Shown piece after piece: positions 1 to 9,778 of a stretch of 64,000 nt of DNA. The DNA comes from an uncultured Actinomycetes bacterium. Lineage in GTDB: Bacteria; Actinomycetota; UBA4738; HRBIN12. The stretch covers positions 475,709 through 539,708 of the forward strand of contig CAWCXU010000013.1 of the NCBI GenBank assembly GCA_963799625.1. Direction: 5' to 3'. Numbering within the stretch: the stretch's first letter is position 1; every line of letters starts with the position of its first letter. The notes beneath the pieces were generated by a model, which worked only from the letters and a program-made list of their open reading frames with translations, was not told the origin of the DNA and did no database searches. Made by a program: the position numbers and the translations under genes.

Positions 1-110
1 AGATCGACCGTGCGGTGCGAACGGCGGCGTCCCAATCGGCGAGCCGGGCCGCCTGTGACCCGAGTGACCAGTCGAGCTCGACGGCGGGATCTGAGCCCAC
101 CGAGCGGCGC

Positions 111-788
111 CTAGCCTTCGGCTTTCTTGCGCGCGGCGATCATCGCGGTCCGCTTGGCCTTGCCCTCGGCGATGCGCCGGTCGGTGCCGCTCGCGAGCAG
201 CTCTTGCAGCGTCTGCTCGTAGACCTCCTGGTCCAACGACACCTCGGGGCGCTCGGCCGGCGGCGCGGGAGCCGCGGGAGCTGCCGGGGCAGGGGCTGCG
301 GGCGCTGCGGCCTCCGGGGCGGGCGCCGGAGCGGCGGGCGCTGGGGCGGGCGCCGCAGCAGCAGGTGCGGCGGGGGAAGCAGGAGCTGCGGCGGCCGCAG
401 CAGGAGCCGGGGCGGCCGCTACGGGAGCGGGAGCTGCCGCGACGACCGCCGGCGGTTGCGCCACGACCGGCACCGCCTGGGTCACGTCGACCAGCCGCCG
501 CGGGGTCTCGCGGCCCGGCAACACACGATCGGCGCGGACCACTTTGGCCTGGTCCTCGTCCTTGGAGAACCTCGGCGCGAACCGCATGTACGCGGCGATC
601 AGGAACAACAGGAGGAGCAGACCGAGACCGAGGCTGAGGAACGCGAGCCAGTAGATCCATCCGCCGTCGGTTCGCACCGGCGTGACGGTTGGGACGATGT
701 GGGTCTGGGCGAACGCCGCGGTCCCCGAGCCGCCGGCCATGGCCACGGCTCCTGCCGCAACGGCGAGGGCTCGACGGGTCGCCTTCAT
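111..788 (-). CDS. Hypothetical secreted/membrane protein: N-terminal signal peptide, one TM segment, Pro/Ala-rich low-complexity region, charged C-terminus
   Basis: ORF 111..893(-) trimmed to the internal ATG at 788 (MKATRRALAVAAGAVAMAGG signal-like N-terminus), because the upstream part of the ORF overlaps the tRNA. Hydrophobic stretch WIYWLAFLSLGLGLLLLLFLIAAY, then a long (AP)n/AAPA tract. No recognisable catalytic motif. Confidence 0.45.
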   Translation of the reverse strand: MKATRRALAVAAGAVAMAGGSGTAAFAQTHIVPTVTPVRTDGGWIYWLAFLSLGLGLLLLLFLIAAYMRFAPRFSKDEDQAKVVRADRVLPGRETPRRLVDVTQAVPVVAQPPAVVAAAPAPVAAAPAPAAAAAAPASPAAPAAAAPAPAPAAPAPAPEAAAPAAPAPAAPAAPAPPAERPEVSLDQEVYEQTLQELLASGTDRRIAEGKAKRTAMIAARKKAEG

Positions 789-858
789 GTGGCGGGATTC
801 TCGCAAGCTGGGCTGGGTGGCGGCAACCGCGCAGTGCAACGACGATCGCGGCCGGAAG

Positions 859-930
859 AGCCGGAGGGGGGATTCGAACCCCCGACCTACCACTTACGAG
901 GCGGTTGCTCTACCCCTGAGCTACTCCGGC
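859..930 (-). tRNA. tRNA-Thr (anticodon CGT)
   Basis: Reverse complement reads GCCGGAG-TA-GCTCAGGGGTAGAGC-A-ACCGC-CTCGTAA-GTGGT-AGGTC-GGGGGTTCGAATCCCCC-CTCCGGC-T. This gives a 7-bp acceptor stem, D and T arms with the TTCGAAT loop, and an anticodon loop CU-CGU-AA. Coordinates are +/-2. Confidence 0.8.
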
Positions 931-992
931 GGGGCCGTCAGGATACCGGACGCCCCGAGCGCCCTTCTCAGCACCTGTGGAATGATGCGCCG

Positions 993-2744
993 ATGCCCCT
1001 GGCGACATCGCGTCGCGCCGACGGCGCACGCTTCGCCGCAGCGTCCCTCACCGCGGCGGCACTGCTCGCGGCGTTGCCCGTGGTGGTCGCGCTCGTGCGT
1101 CACGACGGAGCCCCGATCGGTGCGGACACGCCCGTGTACGTGTGGTGGGCTCGCCTGGTCGGCAGTGCCGGCGCCTCCGCGGTCGCGATGCGCCCGGGAG
1201 TGCCGGATGTCACCGAGACCGTCGCGCGGGCTGTGGGTCTGTCGGAGCTCGCGACCGTCGCGGGCCTCGGGTGCGCGCTCGTCGCGATGGTCGGACTCGC
1301 CGGAGGCGCGGCCCTGCGATCTGCCGGACGGACCGGTCCGACGCCGCTCCTCGGGCTCATCCTCACCGGGTTGTTCGGTACCTACCTCGCCGCCGGACAC
1401 CTCTCGAACGCCGCGTTCGCGGCCCTGTTCTTGATCTCGATCGCCTTCCTCGTGGACGGTCGCCCCGCCTCGGTGATCGCGGCCGCCCTCGCCCTGGGAG
1501 CCGCCGGCATCGCGCATCCGGACTTCATGTGGCTCTCGCTCGCGATCCTGTTCGGCGCGGCGGCGCTCGCGTTGGTCGCGCGGCGGCGCCCCGAAGCCGT
1601 CATGACCGCCGTGGTGGGGGTCGTCGGGGCCGGCGTGACGGGCGTCGGCCTGCTCGCCGCGTCGACGGGGGGCGTCGCCTTCGACGTCCCCACGTCGCTC
1701 GACGTCTTCTTGCTGCAGACCCGGCAGCTCGCGCGGCTGCACGAGCTGTTCCTCGAGCGCTTCCCCAAGGTGGCGGGCTACGCGCTGTGGGCCTGGCTGC
1801 CGCTCGCCGCCCTCGCGTACGGACGCCTGCGCGGGCACCTCGGCCGTCTGCTCGTGGCGTGGTCTGCCGTGACCGTCGCCGGCGTGGTCGCCGGGCTCGT
1901 CTGGCAGCCGTTCCCCCCGCATCGGATCGTCGCGTTCGCGTTCTGCCTGCCCCTGCTGGCGGCGATCGGCCTCGCAGAGATCCGCGCGAAGATCCCGCGA
2001 TGGGCGACGCCGATCAGCGTGGTCGTCGTCGCGGTGATCGCCGCCGGCGCGGTATGGCTGTGGGTGCAGGCGCCCAGGCCGTACACCGACCCCTCGGCGA
2101 CGCCCCTCGCGGCGGTCGCGCCCGCGGTCGCAGCGACCGCCGGCCCGGTCGTCGTCGATCTGCCCCTGGACGGTCGCGCGACCGCGGTCCAGGTGATCCG
2201 GGCGATCAACCTCCTGCGCGCGGCGGTGCCGGGTGACCGGGTTCGCGACGTGCTGGTGCGGTACCCGGCGCCGGCCGACGGCAACGCCGACGCGATCAGC
2301 TTGTGGCAGACGAACCAAACACAGCTCGCGGCGGCAGGGCCGGCGCCCGAGATGGTGGCTCCGCTCGAGGCCCCCGCGCAGCCGGCCCCCGCTGCCGAGC
2401 TCCTCGTCGCCACGCTGGCATGGCTCGCCGTCTGCGGCGTGGCGGGGGCCGGGTGGTGCGTCGCCCTCGGTCAGCGCGGCGTCCGCCTGGTGGAACGATC
2501 CATCGGGATCGGCCTCGCCGGCCTGATCCTGGCGAGCTCGATCGCCGATCGAGCCGGACTCCGGCTGGGCGATCGGGCCGCGGCGGTGGGCGTCGTGGTG
2601 GCGGTGACGGCGGCCGGAGGGGTCGCCGCGATCGTCGTCGCCTTCCGTGCTCGACGGCGCGGCGCGGAGCCGCCCCGGGGTGCCACCACCACACGGAGCG
2701 CTCACGGAGCCCTCCCTTCCCTGGATCGGTCGGGCACGGCATGA
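993..2744 (+). CDS. Polytopic integral membrane protein (>10 predicted TM helices), function unknown, possibly a membrane glycosyltransferase-like protein
   Basis: In-frame ATG at 993 within ORF 15..2744(+). Many hydrophobic helices (e.g. LFLISIAFLVDG, LAILFGAAALALVARR, FAFCLPLLAAIGLAEIR) and GC3-rich codon usage. The upstream part of the ORF is low-complexity and overlaps the tRNA. Confidence 0.5.
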   Translation: MPLATSRRADGARFAAASLTAAALLAALPVVVALVRHDGAPIGADTPVYVWWARLVGSAGASAVAMRPGVPDVTETVARAVGLSELATVAGLGCALVAMVGLAGGAALRSAGRTGPTPLLGLILTGLFGTYLAAGHLSNAAFAALFLISIAFLVDGRPASVIAAALALGAAGIAHPDFMWLSLAILFGAAALALVARRRPEAVMTAVVGVVGAGVTGVGLLAASTGGVAFDVPTSLDVFLLQTRQLARLHELFLERFPKVAGYALWAWLPLAALAYGRLRGHLGRLLVAWSAVTVAGVVAGLVWQPFPPHRIVAFAFCLPLLAAIGLAEIRAKIPRWATPISVVVVAVIAAGAVWLWVQAPRPYTDPSATPLAAVAPAVAATAGPVVVDLPLDGRATAVQVIRAINLLRAAVPGDRVRDVLVRYPAPADGNADAISLWQTNQTQLAAAGPAPEMVAPLEAPAQPAPAAELLVATLAWLAVCGVAGAGWCVALGQRGVRLVERSIGIGLAGLILASSIADRAGLRLGDRAAAVGVVVAVTAAGGVAAIVVAFRARRRGAEPPRGATTTRSAHGALPSLDRSGTA

Positions 2745-2751
2745 TGCGCCC

Positions 2752-4869
2752 GTGAGCGCAACGCCCGGCATCGACGGCTCCATCCAGCGCGTGATGGTCG
2801 GCACGGACCTCTCGCAGACCGCCTCGCGGGCCGTGGGCTGGGCGAACGACTTCGCCCAGCGGTTCGGGGCCGAGCTCCATCTGGTGCAGGTGATCGTGCC
2901 CGGCAATCCGTCGGACACCGAGTTCGGCGCGGCCGAGCGCACACAGGCGGCGGCGGCCGGGGAGGCCCTCGCGGCGGAAGCCGAGCGCCTCGCCGGCACG
3001 CGCGGCCGCGCGCACGTCGTCGTAGACGAGGACCCCGCGATGGCGATCGTCGGCGCCGCCGACGACGCGCGGATCGACGTGCTCGTGGTGGGCAACGCCG
3101 GGATGGCCGGGCGCAAGGAGTTCCTGCTCGGCAACGTGCCGAACCGGATCAGCCACAACGCCCGCTGCACCGTGATCATCGTCAACACGACCGACGGGGT
3201 CACGACGGCGATGCCGGGGGCGTCCCCGGGCGGCGTCGCGCTGCGCGCCGGAGCCTCGATCCCCGAGACCCAACCGCACCTGATCGCGCGGGGCTCGAAG
3301 ATCGCGACGGTCTTCGCGAAGCACGGCCTGAAGGAGTTGTTCGGCCGGCCCGACGAGGAGGGCACCGCCGGGCGCGCCCGCAGCGCCAAGCGCCTCCGCG
3401 AGGCGCTCGAGGAACTCGGACCGACGTTCTGCAAGCTCGGGCAGATCCTGTCGACCCGTCCGGATCTGCTTCCGCCGGAGTTCATCACCGAGCTCGCGCA
3501 GCTCCAAGAGCACGTGCCGCCGCTGTCCGAGGAGCAGGTCGTCCAGGTGATGGAGCAGGAGCTGGGCGTGCCGTGGGAGGACGTGTTCGACCACGTCGAG
3601 CCCGGGCCGCTCGCCGCCGGCACGATCGCCCAGGTTCACCGGGCGGTGATGGCCGACGGCGCGAAGGTCGTGATCAAGGTGCAGCGGCCCGACGCGCGCG
3701 AGCTGATCGAGCAAGATCTCGCGCTCTTGGAGGTGTTCGCGGACAAGGCCGGCGACCGGCCGGGTCTCAAGCAGGTGATCGACCTGCGGGCCGTGTTCGA
3801 GCACCTGTCGACGTCGTTGCACCGCGAGCTCGACTTCCGCAACGAGGCGCGCAACATGGAGCGGATGCGCGAGGTGATCGCGCCGTTCGATCGGCTCGCC
3901 GTGCCGTCGATCCACTCGGAGTACTCGACGGGTCGCCAGCTGGTGATGGGCGACGTCGGCGGTGGTCCGATCACGATCGCGCCGGAGGGCCCGATCCGGC
4001 AGGCGGCCGCCAAGCAGCTCCTCGAGTCCTTCTACAAACAGGTGATGGTCGACGGGTTCTTCCACGCCGACCCGCACCCCGGCAACCTGATGTGGCAGCC
4101 CGAGGAGGACAAGCTCTACTTCCTCGACCTCGGGATGGCCGGCGAGGTCGGCTCGGAGCTCCGCGAGTCGATGATGTTGCTGCTGATGGCGTTCTGGCAG
4201 GACGACGTCGGCTTCCTCACCGACGTCACGCTGATGATGGCCGGGGCGATCGACCGCAGCGATCTCGACGTGGAGGCCTTCCAGAGCGAGATCGGCACCC
4301 TCGTCACGAGATACCACGGCGCCTCGATCCAGGACATCCAGCTCGGGCCGGTGCTGCAGGAGATGACGGAGATCTCGCTGCGCTACGGCGTGCCGCTGCC
4401 CGCGTCGCTGACGCTGACCGCGAAGGCGCTCGCGCAGATGCAGCTCGCCGCCTCGCAACTCGATCCGACCGTCGACCCGTTCGAAGTCGCGGGCAAGTTC
4501 CTGATGCGAAGCGTCATGACCGGGATGGGCTCGAAGCTCGACCCGAAGGCGATCTTCTATCAGGTGCAGCGGCTGCGGGTCCGCGCGATGCGCGTGATCG
4601 AGGCGGTCGAACGGCTGATCGGCGCACGCCCCGGACAGAAGCTCGAGGTCAACTTCCGCGCCGCCTCGCTCGAACGCACGGTACGCCGCGCCGGCCGCCG
4701 GTTGGCGATCGGTCTGGTCGCGGCCGCGGCGCTGCTCGGCACCGCGATCACTGCGACGTCGACCCGGGTGGACACGTGGGTCCCGCTCACCCTCGGTGCG
4801 GTCGGGCTGCTCTTCGTGGTCGCGCTCGTGGTGGACCTGGTGCGCGACCGGCGCGACCGGATCCTCTAG
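2752..4869 (+). CDS. Fusion protein: N-terminal universal stress protein (UspA) domain + ABC1/UbiB-family atypical kinase domain + two C-terminal TM helices
   Basis: Usp motifs (VMVGTDLSQTASRAV...GNAGMAGRKEFLLGNVPNRISHNARCTVIIV) followed by UbiB/ABC1 kinase hallmarks (KLGQILSTRPDLLPPEFITELAQLQ, FHADPHPGNLMW, YFLDLGMAGEV). C-terminal hydrophobic segments. GTG start assumed at 2752, immediately after the upstream stop. Confidence 0.8.
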   Translation: MSATPGIDGSIQRVMVGTDLSQTASRAVGWANDFAQRFGAELHLVQVIVPGNPSDTEFGAAERTQAAAAGEALAAEAERLAGTRGRAHVVVDEDPAMAIVGAADDARIDVLVVGNAGMAGRKEFLLGNVPNRISHNARCTVIIVNTTDGVTTAMPGASPGGVALRAGASIPETQPHLIARGSKIATVFAKHGLKELFGRPDEEGTAGRARSAKRLREALEELGPTFCKLGQILSTRPDLLPPEFITELAQLQEHVPPLSEEQVVQVMEQELGVPWEDVFDHVEPGPLAAGTIAQVHRAVMADGAKVVIKVQRPDARELIEQDLALLEVFADKAGDRPGLKQVIDLRAVFEHLSTSLHRELDFRNEARNMERMREVIAPFDRLAVPSIHSEYSTGRQLVMGDVGGGPITIAPEGPIRQAAAKQLLESFYKQVMVDGFFHADPHPGNLMWQPEEDKLYFLDLGMAGEVGSELRESMMLLLMAFWQDDVGFLTDVTLMMAGAIDRSDLDVEAFQSEIGTLVTRYHGASIQDIQLGPVLQEMTEISLRYGVPLPASLTLTAKALAQMQLAASQLDPTVDPFEVAGKFLMRSVMTGMGSKLDPKAIFYQVQRLRVRAMRVIEAVERLIGARPGQKLEVNFRAASLERTVRRAGRRLAIGLVAAAALLGTAITATSTRVDTWVPLTLGAVGLLFVVALVVDLVRDRRDRIL

Positions 4870-5146
4870 TCGGTTCTACCCCCCGAGGAGTTCGTCGAGG
4901 TCGACCTCGCCGCCCTTGGAGGTGAGCGTCGTCGGAGCCGTTTCCGTCTCCGGGTGCTTCTTCTTGACCGACCGCAGCACGATCTTCTCGAGCGCGAAGG
5001 CGACGATCCCCATCATCACGCCGACGAACCAACGCTCGAGACGGCGGATGCCCTTCGCAGGGCGGGGAGCAGGTCTGGTGCTCACGCGAGCACCCGCCCG
5101 CGCGAGACGGTCGGTGCGGTCTGCGTCTGCGATCGATCCTCTCTCG

Positions 5147-7235
5147 TCACGGTCGTGTCGCTCCCGTCGGCGCTGTCGGGACTGCGTGCGGCGTCGCGTC
5201 GTCGGCCACCTTCGCATCGGCGGCGCGCGCGGGCAAGGATCCGGTGATCGCGGTTCCGCGTCCCGGCATCGAGGCGACGGCGAGCGTGCCGCCGAGCGCC
5301 GCGAGCCGGTCGGCCATCCCCTGCAGCCCCGTGCCGTAGGAGGTCGCGCCGGCGTCGAACCCGACGCCGTCGTCGCTGATCCGGAACTCGAGCCTGCCCG
5401 GCGCCTCGCGCAACGCAACCGTGGCGGCGGTCGCACCCGCGTACTTCGCGACGTTCTGCAGGGCCTCGAGACACGAGAAGTAGACCGCCGCCTCAACCTC
5501 GGGCGGGTACCGGCCCACGCCGTCGGACTCGACCGTCACCGGGACCGGCGACCTGCGCGCCTGCGCGTCGAGCGCGGCGCCGAGCCCCTGGTCGGCGAGC
5601 AGGGGCGGGTAGATCCCGCGCGCGAGGTCGCGGAGGTCCTCGAGCGCCTGCTGCGTCTCGGACGCCAGCTCGTCGAGCATCGCGTCGACGCGCGCCGGGT
5701 CCTTCTCGAGCACCGATCGTGCCAGCCGCAGCTTCACCGCGAGCGCGACCAGCTGCTGCTGCGACCCGTCGTGGATGTTGCGCTCGAGCTTGCGCCGCTC
5801 CAGGTCCTGCGCGGCGACCAGGCGCCGGCGCGACTCGCGGAGATCCTCGAGCAGGCCGACGTTGCTGAGCACCAATCCTGCTTGCGCCGCGAGGCCGCCG
5901 ACGAGCTCGGCGCGCGGCGCGTCGATCGGATCGTTCGGCGGCATCGTCACCGAGAGCGCGCCCAGCACCTCTCCCTGGTGGCGCACCGGCTCGACGAGAT
6001 CGTCGTCGCCGAGCTCGGGAGCCTCTCGCCGGCCAGGCCGCGACGACGCGGCGGGTGCCGTCGGCGCCGAGCCAGACGCGCGCGCGCTCGGCGCCGACGC
6101 CTTCGCCGAGCACCCGCGCGAGTCGCGCCAAGACGTCGTCGGCGCCGTAGGTCTCGGCGAGGTTCTCGCCGAACTCGGTCAGCACCTCGTAGGGCGTGGC
6201 GCGCTTGCCGTAGACGATGCGGTCGGCCGTCCGCTGCGCCCACCGTCGGACCGGCTGGATCGCGAGCGCGACGACGGCTGCGGCGATCGCGGACGCCACC
6301 GTGCTCGACAGACTCCCGACGACCACGCTGATCCCGGCGACGATCGCGACGTAGACCACCGCGATGAACCCCGCGAGCACCGTGAACACGACCGTCTTGC
6401 GGATCACGACGTCGATGTCGTAGAGGCGGTAGCGCAGGATCGCCATCCCGATCGTGACCGGGATCAAGATGAACGAACCGATCGCGATCTTGGAGACCCA
6501 GTCGTTCCAGTTCGATGTGTCGGTGCCGAACAGCAGCTCGGGGATGAAGGCGAACACGTACGACGCGGCGATGATCCCCGCCGCCCAGGCAAGCCACTTC
6601 AGCTGCTGACGCTCGATCGGATCGGTGGCGCGCCGCAGGCGCCGGATGATCGCGACCGCTCCCCCGACGACGACCAGCGGCGCGAAGATCGTCACGATGT
6701 AGATCCAGCCGCCGAGCGCATCGAGTGCATGCAGCCCCAAGGGGTTCTCGATCTCGGGATGCCCGATGTCGCCGAAGGTGCCCGGGCCGAACAGGACGGC
6801 GAGCGACAACACCACGAGGCCCACGGCGCAGGTCCAGGCGAACCAGCGCCACCGCGGCGAGGGCAGGTGCCCGTCGGGGAACAACAGCAGGAGGAAGCCC
6901 GAGATGCCGATGAACGGCACCCAGGTCGGCTCCGAGAGTGCGAGCCCGACCCCCGCCCCGGGGAGCCCCTTCGCGAGGGCGTACTCGGCGTAGTCCTGGA
7001 ACGGGAGCGTCACCACGAACCCCATCCCGAGCATCAGCCAGGCGAGCGTGGTGCGCGGCCGCTTGTGCAGCACGACGATGGCCGTGACCGGGAACGCCAG
7101 GAGGATCACGGCGAACCCCCAGTCGGTATGGAAGCCGCTGGCCTGGTCGAGGGAGATGCTCACGGCGCCGCTAAGCACCATGAGCCCGAAGATCGACCAG
7201 GCGAGGCGGCGCAAACCTCCGTCGGAGATGGTCAT
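5147..7235 (-). pseudogene. Sensor histidine kinase paralogue A (multi-TM sensor + GAF-like + HisKA_3 + HATPase_c), interrupted by a +1/-2 frameshift near 6025. It may be a genuine pseudogene or an assembly indel.
   Basis: N-terminal part (MTISDGG...RYRLYDIDVVIRKT...ARVWLGADGTRRVVAAWPA) is in the frame of ORF 5493..7580(-). The C-terminal part (EAPELGDDDLVEPVRHQGEVLGAL...IHDGSQQQLVAL H-box, HATPase G-boxes) is in the frame of ORF 5147..5986(-). Alignment to intact paralogues HK-B/C/D shows equal length across the junction, so a single extra base (…ccggcgAgaggctccc…) is the likely cause. ATG at 7235 overlaps the stop of the upstream RR gene (ATGA). Confidence 0.7.
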
Positions 7236-8512
7236 CGGCCCGCGACGAGGATCCGATAGACCTCGACCGGCTCCTCGCGACCCTTCACCGGCCGAGCCCC
7301 GATCGGCTCCGCGTCCTCGATCGACGCGGCGGCCACGGTGCTCGCGGAGGCGACGATCTCCCCGCCCGCTGCCTCGGACTGCAGCCGTTGCGCGATGTTC
7401 ACCGCGTCGCCGATCACGGTGTACTCCAGGCGGCCGCCGCCGCCGATCGCGCCCGCCATCACGACACCCGTGTTCAACCCGATCCCGACATCGAGGCGCT
7501 CGACGTCGTCGATCCCCCACCCCTCGGCGTTCAGCTCTCGTTGCCTGGCCTGCATCTCGAGCGCGCACGCGACGGCGCACCGCGCGTGATCGTCCCTCGG
7601 GACCGGCGCCCCGAACACGGCCATCACGGCGTCGCCCTGGAACTTGTCGATCGTGCCGCCGTGCGAGGCGACGACCTCGGCCATCGCCTGGAGGTGCCGC
7701 CCGATGACCTCCGCGATCTCGCGCGCGGCGAGCCGCTCCGACAGGGTCGAGAACCCGCGGATGTCGCTGAACAGCACCGTGACCTCGACCTCCCGCTGCT
7801 CCGCGATGCTCGCGTCCTCCTCGAGCCCGGCCACGACCTGCTGGGGCACGTAGGAGCGGAGGGTCTCCATGCGGGCGGAGCTCTGCACCACCGCGGCGTG
7901 CAGCCGCTTCAGGTCGTCGACGTTGCCGCTCTCCCCGCCGCCGGCCATCCGCCGGAACAGGTCGGTGATGCGACGGTCGACCGCCTCCTGCGTCGTGCCG
8001 AGCGCGGCCGCCATCTCCTGGTAGCCGAGGCCCTGGGCCATCATGTCGAGGACCTTGCGATCCTGCTCGTCGGCGTGCTGGCTGCCGGTCAGCCGCTCCG
8101 CGATCGTCGGGTCGACCACGCTGCCCCCCTCGTGCACCTGATGGATCGCACGCACGAGCTCGTCGCCCTGCGCGATCCGATCCTTCAGGAGGTAGGCGAG
8201 ACCACTGTGGCCCTCCCCGAGCAGCGCGATGGCGTACTCGGCGTCGTCGTGCGCGGAGAGGACCACCACGCCGGTATCGGGGTGCTGCTCCCGGATCGCG
8301 TGCGCGCAGTCGATCCCCTCGAGCTGGAACGACGGCGGCATCTTGATGTCGGTGACGACGACGTCGGGCACGTGTTCGCCGGCCGCCAACATGAGCGTCG
8401 GCGCGTCCGAGGCGACGCCCACCACCTCGATGTCATCGTAGGAGTCGAGCAGCGCGCGAACACCCTCGCGCACCAGCACGTTGTCCTCGCCGAGCACCAC
8501 CCGGATCGTCAT
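7232..8512 (-). CDS. Response regulator with REC + LuxR-type HTH + class III adenylate/guanylate cyclase (CYCc) domains
   Basis: REC motifs (VVLGEDNVLVREG, VVTDIKMPP, phospho-accepting Asp context). Degenerate LuxR HTH (DRKVLDMMAQGLGYQEMAAALGTTQEAVDRRITDLFRRM). Cyclase core (VTVLFSDIRGFSTLSE...GDAVMAVFGAP...GLNTGVVMAGAIGG...YTVIGDAVNIAQRLQSEA). ATG at 8512. Stop overlaps the HK-A start. Confidence 0.8.
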   Translation of the reverse strand: MTIRVVLGEDNVLVREGVRALLDSYDDIEVVGVASDAPTLMLAAGEHVPDVVVTDIKMPPSFQLEGIDCAHAIREQHPDTGVVVLSAHDDAEYAIALLGEGHSGLAYLLKDRIAQGDELVRAIHQVHEGGSVVDPTIAERLTGSQHADEQDRKVLDMMAQGLGYQEMAAALGTTQEAVDRRITDLFRRMAGGGESGNVDDLKRLHAAVVQSSARMETLRSYVPQQVVAGLEEDASIAEQREVEVTVLFSDIRGFSTLSERLAAREIAEVIGRHLQAMAEVVASHGGTIDKFQGDAVMAVFGAPVPRDDHARCAVACALEMQARQRELNAEGWGIDDVERLDVGIGLNTGVVMAGAIGGGGRLEYTVIGDAVNIAQRLQSEAAGGEIVASASTVAAASIEDAEPIGARPVKGREEPVEVYRILVAGR

Positions 8513-8529
8513 GTCGCCGCTCGCTCCCC

Positions 8530-9213
8530 ATGTACGATGCGGCCGTGCTGCGCATCGTGTTCGCCGAGGATAACTACCTGGTGCGCGAGGGCACCGCGGC
8601 ACTGCTGCACGAGGCCGGCGACGTCGAGATCGTCGGGACCGCTGCGTCCTACGACGAGCTCCTTGCGGCCGTCGCCGATCAGGCGCCCGACGCCGTGCTG
8701 ACCGACATCCGGATGCCGCCGACCGGCACCGACGAAGGCATCCGCGCCGCCCGCCAGATCCGCGCCGCCCACCCCGACACCGGTGTGGTCGTGCTCTCCC
8801 AGTACGCGGACGAGGCCTACGTCTACGACCTGCTGAAGGACGGCGCCGCCGGGCTCGGGTACTTGCTGAAGGAACGGGTCGCCGACCTCGACGAGGTCGT
8901 CCGCGCGCTGCACGAGGTCTCCCGCGGGGGCAGCGTCCTGGATCCCAAGGTCGTCGAGTCGCTCGTCGCGGCGAAGGACCGTCTCGCGCACTCGCCGCTC
9001 GCCCAGCTCACCGACCGCGAACGCGAGGTGCTCTCGTTGATGGCCCAGGGGATGAACAACGCCTCGATCGCGAAGGCGCTGTTCCTCACCGACCGCGCCG
9101 TCGAGAAGCACATCAACTCGATGTTCCACAAGCTCGGTCTCACCGAGGAACCCGACGTGCACCGCCGCGTCATGGCCGTGCTCGCGTTCCTGCGGGAGAC
9201 CGAGCTCGCCTGA
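8530..9213 (+). CDS. NarL/LuxR-family response regulator (REC + HTH_LuxR)
   Basis: IVFAEDNYLVREG...VLTDIRMPPTGTDEGI...GYLLKE; C-terminal LTDREREVLSLMAQGMNNASIAKALFLTDRAVEKHINSMFHKLGL. Divergent from the RR-cyclase gene with only about 17 bp between starts, so the true start may be the internal GTG at about 8545. Confidence 0.85.
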   Translation: MYDAAVLRIVFAEDNYLVREGTAALLHEAGDVEIVGTAASYDELLAAVADQAPDAVLTDIRMPPTGTDEGIRAARQIRAAHPDTGVVVLSQYADEAYVYDLLKDGAAGLGYLLKERVADLDEVVRALHEVSRGGSVLDPKVVESLVAAKDRLAHSPLAQLTDREREVLSLMAQGMNNASIAKALFLTDRAVEKHINSMFHKLGLTEEPDVHRRVMAVLAFLRETELA

Positions 9214-9215
9214 CC

Positions 9216-9623
9216 TCATTGAGCGCGCCTCGTGTCGACGATGTAGACGCTGCACGGCGCGTGGCGAAGCACCAGGTTCGGGACGCTGTCCTTCACCTTC
9301 CACCACGAACCCTTCGTGCCCCGGTTGCCCACCACGATGGTCTCGGCTCTAAGCTCTCCGGCGACCTCACAGATCCGCTCGGCCGCGTCGCCGCGCTCCA
9401 CCCGGGACGTGACGGACACGTCGGGGAAGCGTTGCGCGAGCTCCGCGAGATGCCGCTCGGGGTCCGCGGCCCGGCCGGGATCCACGACCGCGCGGAGATC
9501 GCCCTCGGGCCTGACGAGGAGCACCACCAGCTCCGCGCCGTTGGCCCGGGCGAGCCGCCCGGCCTCGTTCACCGCCAGGTCCGCCGCCGCCGAGGTGTCG
9601 GTCCCAACCACGATCGTCGCCAT
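9216..9623 (-). CDS. Universal stress protein (UspA family)
   Basis: MATIVVGTDTSAAADLAVNEA...ETIVVGNRGTKGSWWKVKDSVPNLVLRHAPCSVYIV. ATG at 9623 preceded by AGGAGG. Convergent with the NarL RR. Confidence 0.85.
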   Translation of the reverse strand: MATIVVGTDTSAAADLAVNEAGRLARANGAELVVLLVRPEGDLRAVVDPGRAADPERHLAELAQRFPDVSVTSRVERGDAAERICEVAGELRAETIVVGNRGTKGSWWKVKDSVPNLVLRHAPCSVYIVDTRRAQ

Positions 9624-9778
9624 CTCTGATCGCCTCCTGTCTCTGGGGCCACCGTAGGACCGCCGACCTGCGAGAACGACCGGGCGGACACCACGGTTCG
9701 CGGGTGGTGCCAGCACGCGCGGAAGGGTGGCAACCTCCTCCTTGGAGGTGCGTCCCGGCGCTGCCACCATCAGCCCGT

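Noticed and set aside
921-3623. 900-aa ORF on the minus strand, with similar giant ORFs 2296..4458 (-), 11770..13860 (-), 14358..16031 (-), 17664..19733 (+), 19114..25167 (+; 2017 aa), 25203..27512 (+), 27466..29508 (- upstream part), 31283..33325 (- upstream part), 33423..35804 (-), 36069..38318 (+), 39997..41976 (-), 44760..46982 (+) and 45631..47220 (-).
   Set aside because: All are Arg/Gly/Pro/Ala/Asp-rich, low-complexity translations lying antisense or out of frame to genes with clear family motifs. At about 70% GC, stop codons are rare in non-coding frames, so these are statistical artefacts. Where they contain a real C-terminal gene (e.g. RR1, RR2), only that in-frame portion was annotated.
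8512-8530. Only about 17 bp between the divergent starts of the RR-cyclase and the NarL RR genes
   Set aside because: Not treated as a feature in itself. The plus-strand RR probably initiates at an internal GTG (about 8545), or the promoters overlap the coding regions. Start-site mapping is needed before interpreting this.
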